A DNA stretch of 64,000 nucleotides, from NCBI GenBank assembly GCA_020184695.1, contig JAANOX010000278.1, positions 62,001 to 126,000 of the forward strand. The letters are read 5' to 3'. Below the pieces are notes generated by a model, which made no database searches, was not told the origin of the DNA, and worked only from the letters and a program-made list of their open reading frames with translations. Both the position numbers and the translations under genes were made by a program. Source of the stretch: Histomonas meleagridis 2922-C6/04-290x. Taxonomy: Eukaryota; Protista; Parabasalia. Shown here piece by piece: positions 58,186-64,000 of this stretch. Within the stretch, counting starts at the first letter, position 1. Each line of letters starts with the position of its first letter.

Positions 58186-59895
58186 ATGAAAAGTATGAAT
58201 GAAGAAGAAAACAAAGATGGACGTTATTTCCCAAGTGATAGTGAAATGCAAATTTTAATTCATTATCTTCAAATTTATTTTTCACATCCAGAAAGATCTA
58301 TTCAACGATCACAAGTTGTTCAAACAGTTGTAGGTATTCTTTCTACGACTAATAAACATTGGAGTCATCGAACAGTTCGTTTATGGTTTAATAATAATAA
58401 ACGCGTTTTTTTACGACCAAATTCACCTAATTCATCTAATTCGTCAAGTTCAAGTCAAAGTCCTAATCAGAATATTGTTTCAAGTCAATCACAAGAAATT
58501 AAAACAGAAACGAGTTCAAGTTTTTTTCGTCACAAGTCAAATTTTTTGATTCCAACGCGATCTTTATCAGTTACACAATTTCCTATTAAACAAGAACAAG
58601 AACCACAAATCATTTCAACGCCACAATATGTTTCATCACAAAGTAAACAACCTAAACGTGGTACATTAGCTATGGAATTATTAATCTCTAATGAAAACAT
58701 ATTACAGAAACCACAACAAATTTTTTAAGCACAAGTTGAATCAGAGAATCATATTACAGAGAAAATTATATCATTACATAATCAAAGATCGGCAGACTTA
58801 ATTGGAGTTCAACAATCGCGAACATCATTAATTGATTTTTCGACAGTTCCACAACATGAATTTCAAAACATTCGCCGAATTAATACATTTAATAATAATA
58901 ATAATTCTATTAATATTAATCCTAATGAAAACAAAGAAGATAATTTACCTACTTTAGATAATTATCAACCATATGAACTCATTGAAAGTAGTTATATATT
59001 ACATAATGGTGAAAGTATTATTATTACATATAATACAGAAGAACAACGACGAAAGATTCATATTCAAGAACAAGTTAATGATATTGAATTTTTATCACCA
59101 GTCACATCTATAGTTTATAATTATCAAGATAATTTAATATGGGTTCATAGTGATAAATATATTAAATCATATTATCTTGATACATTTGAAAATGTACATA
59201 ATCTTCTAATTAGTCATCGTCGATCATATCAATCAGTAATTAATTTTTGGAATGATAATTTAGTATTAGCGACAGGTTCAACTATTCTTTCATGGTCACC
59301 AGAACTTTTAAGTCAAGTTAAAGAAACGGAAGATGAAGAGAAATTTGATATTTGTTTATGTTTATCTCTTCCGAATATTTCATCTGTTACTACATTAGGT
59401 GAATCACTTGTAGTTGGATCAAGTGAATATCATAGTATTCAAATCTATGCGAAGAATGGAGCCATAATTTCACGATGTATTGGCCATTCATCAGGAATTA
59501 CATCATTATCAAGTTATGATGAAAATATGTTTTTATCAGGATCAGCTGATCAAACGTGTAAAATGTGGGATTTACGAGTTTCACAACCTATTTTTAATAT
59601 CATTCGACATGACGGGATTGTTACTAGTGTTTTTGGGAATGTTACAGAAAGTCCGAATTTAATCTTTACAGGGGGTAATGATGGAATAGTTCGATGTTGG
59701 GATATTCGAGAATTTAAACATTTATTTACATTACCAATTGGTGAAACGTCACCACAAAACATTCATTATAATCATGAAATGCAACGACTTACGATTGTTA
59801 CTAGTGAAGTTACATCAGATTATTTTTTTATGATAATTGTAAATTCGGACAAAAATTTGATCGAAATATTATATTTCAACCAAATTCTGTTTTAA
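58186..59895 (+). CDS. Homeodomain-like N-terminus + WD40 C-terminus, interrupted by one in-frame TAA (58726-58728)
   Basis: WSHRTVRLWFNNNKR helix. The same frame stays open after the TAA through GHSSGITSL, LSGSADQTCKMWD and FTGGNDGIVRCWD. Confidence 0.7.
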
Positions 59896-59986
59896 ATTTT
59901 CATTTTTAAATAAAATATTAAATTCGAAAAGATAAATTTTAGAAAATTTGATTCCAATAAAAAAATTTTTTTTGTTTTCTTTTTGA

Positions 59987-60508
59987 TTAATGTTTTTTAA
60001 CAACAGCATCAGATAACCAATTCATTCCATCAACAAGTCCTAACCCTGTAAGTGCACAACTTGCTTCAATGTGATATCGCGATTGATCAATGACTTGTAA
60101 ATCTAATGCTTCACTAAGCTTTTCAACTGAAACTGCACCTTCTATGTCTTGTTTGTTGGCAAATATTAAGATAGGACATCCTTTAAGTTGTGGTGATTGA
60201 ACAATTTGATGAAATTCTTGTTTGGCAGTGGCAAATTGTGTTTTATCTGAAGAATCAACGACAAAAATTACTCCTTGTGCTCCATTAAAATAATGTCGCC
60301 ATAATGGTCGAATTTTATCTTGTCCTCCTAAATCCCAGACACAAAATTCTAAATCTCCAAAATGAACAGTTTCCATGGTAAAACCAACTGTAGCAACTGT
60401 ATGAACAACTTCATTCTTCTTAAGACGATACAATATAGTGGTTTTACCTGCGGCTCCAATACCAAGCATCAAGATTCGATACTCTGGTTTCGCGCTACAA
60501 CCTCCCAT
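59987..60508 (-). CDS. ARF/ARL family small GTPase
   Basis: MGG start at 60508; GIGAAGKTT, TVGF, WDLGGQDKIRPLWRHYF, FANKQD and SCA. The longer ORF in the track runs into the transposon TIR. Confidence 0.95.
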   Translation of the reverse strand: MGGCSAKPEYRILMLGIGAAGKTTILYRLKKNEVVHTVATVGFTMETVHFGDLEFCVWDLGGQDKIRPLWRHYFNGAQGVIFVVDSSDKTQFATAKQEFHQIVQSPQLKGCPILIFANKQDIEGAVSVEKLSEALDLQVIDQSRYHIEASCALTGLGLVDGMNWLSDAVVKKH

Positions 60509-60560
60509 ATTGTTGAACTGCTTTATATGAAACCGTTTATTACGATGGAAAAAAATTTTC

Positions 60561-63092
60561 TGGTAATAGTAAATGACACGAAGTGGCGTCACTTTTGCGT
60601 TCAACACGAAATTTTTTTCAATCAAAAGTGCCAACATGAGGAAATTAAAAAAAAATCAGAAGATTGAAGAAAGTTAATCATGATAATTCAATGTCATTTA
60701 TCAAGAATTTCACAATAAATAATAAAATGTCAATTATTCTAAGTTGCAAGATCATAAATAAAATGAAATTTCGATTATACTTCGACAATTTCGTGGAATT
60801 GGTGGATAATAACTATTTTCGTTTATTCCTTTTAATCATATCTTATTTAGAATATATGTTTTTATGAATTATTAAACAAATGTGAAATTAATATAATTTT
60901 TATTATAGTGAATCAGGTATTGTTTATAAATATAGTATCAGTTGAGATATATGATTTAACATATCATTATCTTCTAATTTTTGACCATAATTTATTATAT
61001 ATATTAGTTGTATAATTCCTATTTCATCCGAGACATCCATAGACTGATTTTGTATATACCCTTTGACTGTTTTCCATTGAATATAGTTAATTCCTGACCT
61101 TCTTATTAAATTTGCTGGTCTTGTCCTTTTTCTTCCAGAGAATAAATTTGAATTTATATCTTTATATCATTAAATAATTTAAGAACTAGTTTTTTCACTC
61201 TACCTTTTTCTTGAACAACTGAAGCGATATCTTCAAATGCTTTTGTAAGTGGAGAGTAACTCAGATCATAATGAGGTATTACTCCAATTTCATGTTCTAT
61301 GATTTTATTTCTTAATAAATTGCCTTCCTGTATTTGGTACAATTTTTTAAAATAAATCTCAGGTATTTCATTTTGTGATATTAATGGGATTTGCTCATTC
61401 GAACGATTAATGATTTCATGAACACAAGGGAGACCATATTCAATTTTTGTAATACATTTGCAATTTTTCTCATTAATACATTACAATAATTCGATATTAG
61501 CTCTTCCATCCATTATTTGTTTTTTAGTTTTCTTAGCAATTTCGACTACATTTTTCAATTTATTTACTGCTACTGAACCTATAATATTATCTTTATAAAT
61601 ATTATTGTCAATTCCTGTGAGCATTCTCTCACTTCGCCAAGCAAATTCTGTAGATAAATAATCCAATATATTTATAATAATCTCAATATCTCTTTACACA
61701 TCTAATCTTTCCCGTATATTACCATTAAACCTTCAATCGCATTAGTCGTTCTTTGTTCTCTCGAATTTCCAGAAAATAAGAAACTAGGATCATAACAATC
61801 GGCATCATCAATTAATGCTTGAATAGCTCTTGTATTTTTGACAGTACTCCGAATAGTTTGATTTAAAGAATTAATATATTCATTACGATATATTCGATTT
61901 TCAATGAATTTATGAAATGACTTATATATTATAGATTGAGGACCAAATGTTTGTTCAACTGATCTCATCATATGAACTTTGCAAAAAACAATCATAGTAT
62001 TTAACATTACCTCTTCAATTACTGCTTTTTTTTTTTTTATTCTATCAATTATTACAACTCTTGGTATGCCAACTATATTTTTTATATTATCAAATACAAG
62101 TTCAAATATTTTTTTTTTCTTTACTGGACATTATTGAAAATGCTAGTATCTGTGAATTATTATTCTCATCAATGAATAAGAAATTTAGAATAGGCATATC
62201 AAAATCATTAGTCATCATTATGTTATCTATTTGTAATATATCTATAGATATTATTTTATTTTTTTAAACCTCCTTGAAACAAATGTTGCTGTGAGAATTT
62301 GATTATCTGCTCTGTTCAAATGTAATCTCGTTTCATAATTATTTGATAACTGTTGAATAATAGATTGGATTGATTTGATTGTATCAACATTTCTTGATTT
62401 TAAATAAGAACTTCTGATATCATAAAATTTCCGGACACTGACAGATTATGTTATTTTCCTTCTGATTTATGCAGCATTTTCTCGTTGTTTAGTGTAAGTT
62501 ATACATTAATTTCGCGTAGAATTTGATGGACCCAACCAACTATTATATAAATCTTGTGATATTGGATGTTTGTGTCGAAAATTGCCTTCAACAAACATAA
62601 CTTTTGATAAATTATGATCAACTTTCAATCTTATGAAGCTCTTGCGATCATATTGTTTTAGCGTACGGTTTTTTTTTGCTTTGCAACGTCCTCCAAAACG
62701 ACACCAAAAATCGCAATATTCAAATTGGCCAAAGACCTTCGTTATTGTGAGTGAATAATGACCAACATTTTGCTTGAACATTTCTTGTATATCAGAAGGG
62801 GAAGTCTCTTGTAAGTTAATCGACATTTCCCAATTTTTAAATAAAACAGGATATATAATTTCTAGAGTATCGATCGTGTTTTCCATTCATCTGGGCTTGT
62901 AAGATTATATCAAATTTGATGACCGGATGAACTTTTTGAGAATTTTGAAAGAGATTGTGATGATTTTTGATGGTTTTCAAAATTTGATAATTGAAATTAT
63001 TTTTAACCCCCTCATGTTGGCACTTTTAATTGAAATAAAATTATCGCGTAGAATACAAAAGTGACGCCGCTTCGTGTCAATTACGATTCCTC
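60561..63092 (-). mobile_element. Decayed MULE transposon, copy 2 of the 15044 family
   Basis: Same TIRs and transposase fragments; ~380-bp internal deletion removes the CCHC knuckle; flanks AAATTTTC/AAATTTTT are a candidate TSD. Confidence 0.85.
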
Positions 63093-63329
63093 AAATTTTT
63101 TGTTTTGAGTGTACTAAAATTTTAGCTTATGAAATTCTGAATTCATTCAATTTTACTTGGGAGCGTATTTAACGGTTCCATTTCAGGATGGAGGAATATC
63201 CTTTTCAAATGATTGCGAAAAAAAAATTAATTTATGATAAAAATAAAATAAATTTTTAACAAATGTGCATGTTAATTTTCTATGTCATGGAGTAATTTAA
63301 CTATTGGTGCAAGGAAAAGGTGTAACTTC

Positions 63330-63660
63330 TTAATTAAAATTCAATTATAATCTTAAAATATTGTGTTAACAAAATAAATATTATATAAAACAAATAGCCA
63401 TTTTTTACATCAATATTAATTCCTTTTAGTTCAAGAAGTAACATCGCTTTTCATTGTGTTTATAATTAGATGAACAAATAAGTTATTAATTATTAAAAGA
63501 AAAATTCAAATGTCGTCTTGAAACATTATATAGTAAAAAAATATCAAACAAAACAAATAAAAATCATATCCGTTTTGTTCAAGAAGTAATTTAACTATTT
63601 CTAAATTTCCTTATTTTGCAGTACATATAAATGCTGTAAGAAATATTTTAATCACCTGTA
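63330..63660 (-). pseudogene. Highly degraded ankyrin relic with spacer-like sequence
   Basis: LTAFICTAK*GNLEIVKLLLEQNG followed by TTTTATTTGTTTTGTTT, a variant of spacer 1; the module phase then decays. Confidence 0.45.
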
Positions 63661-64000
63661 TCATAGTCATTTACACCATTCATATACAATAAGTAAATTT
63701 ACTTATTGATTTCCTTCGATATAAATGTCATTGTAAATTAAAATACTTGATGAATAATTAATCGAAAAAATCCGAATTTGAACACGATTAAAGTCAAATT
63801 TCTAATTTTGGATCAACAATTAAAATTAATATAATTTTATTGTTTATTTTTCATGATATACATTTATATTCGCATCAAAAGATTTGCAGCATTTCGCCTT
63901 CGTCTTCAATTAGCATTTCATTTGAGTATTCCTTATTCATTGTTGGCGATGTTGTTCTCGGCGCAAATATACCCGCGTTTATTAGGTCCTTAGGTTCATC

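Noticed and set aside
58726-58728. TAA/TGA reassignment as a variant genetic code
   Set aside because: TAA and TGA terminate most intact genes in the window; internal stops are sporadic.
60509-60637. N-terminal extension of the ARF ORF
   Set aside because: Derives from the MULE TIR; the MG start at 60508 fits the family.

Overview
AT-rich eukaryotic DNA. Gene content points to a parabasalid, probably Tritrichomonas-like (inference): DUF3447/ankyrin family, BspA-like LRR remnant, R2R3-Myb, M60-like protein and nearly intron-free genes. It holds about 25 genes or pseudogenes, one tRNA-Asp(GTC), two decayed Mutator-type (MULE) elements, a nearly intact Merlin/ISXO2 element, a Merlin-like MITE and a 3.65-kb inverted segmental duplication. 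Main discovery: in three ankyrin genes (4013-6724 +, 8127-9775 +, 34372-36957 -) and a relic at 3.3-3.5 kb, the beta-hairpin loop of each C-terminal ankyrin repeat is written as a run of 20-nt modules. Each module is a 17-nt AT-rich spacer plus one codon. Dropping the spacers restores canonical D-x-x-G-x-T-A-L loops and an open frame. Of 83 modules read by hand, 82 are exactly 20 nt and none gives a stop codon. The spacers lack GT-AG ends, which implies an unexplained non-canonical splicing, bypass or excision mechanism. Many single-base frameshifts elsewhere may be assembly errors rather than real decay.
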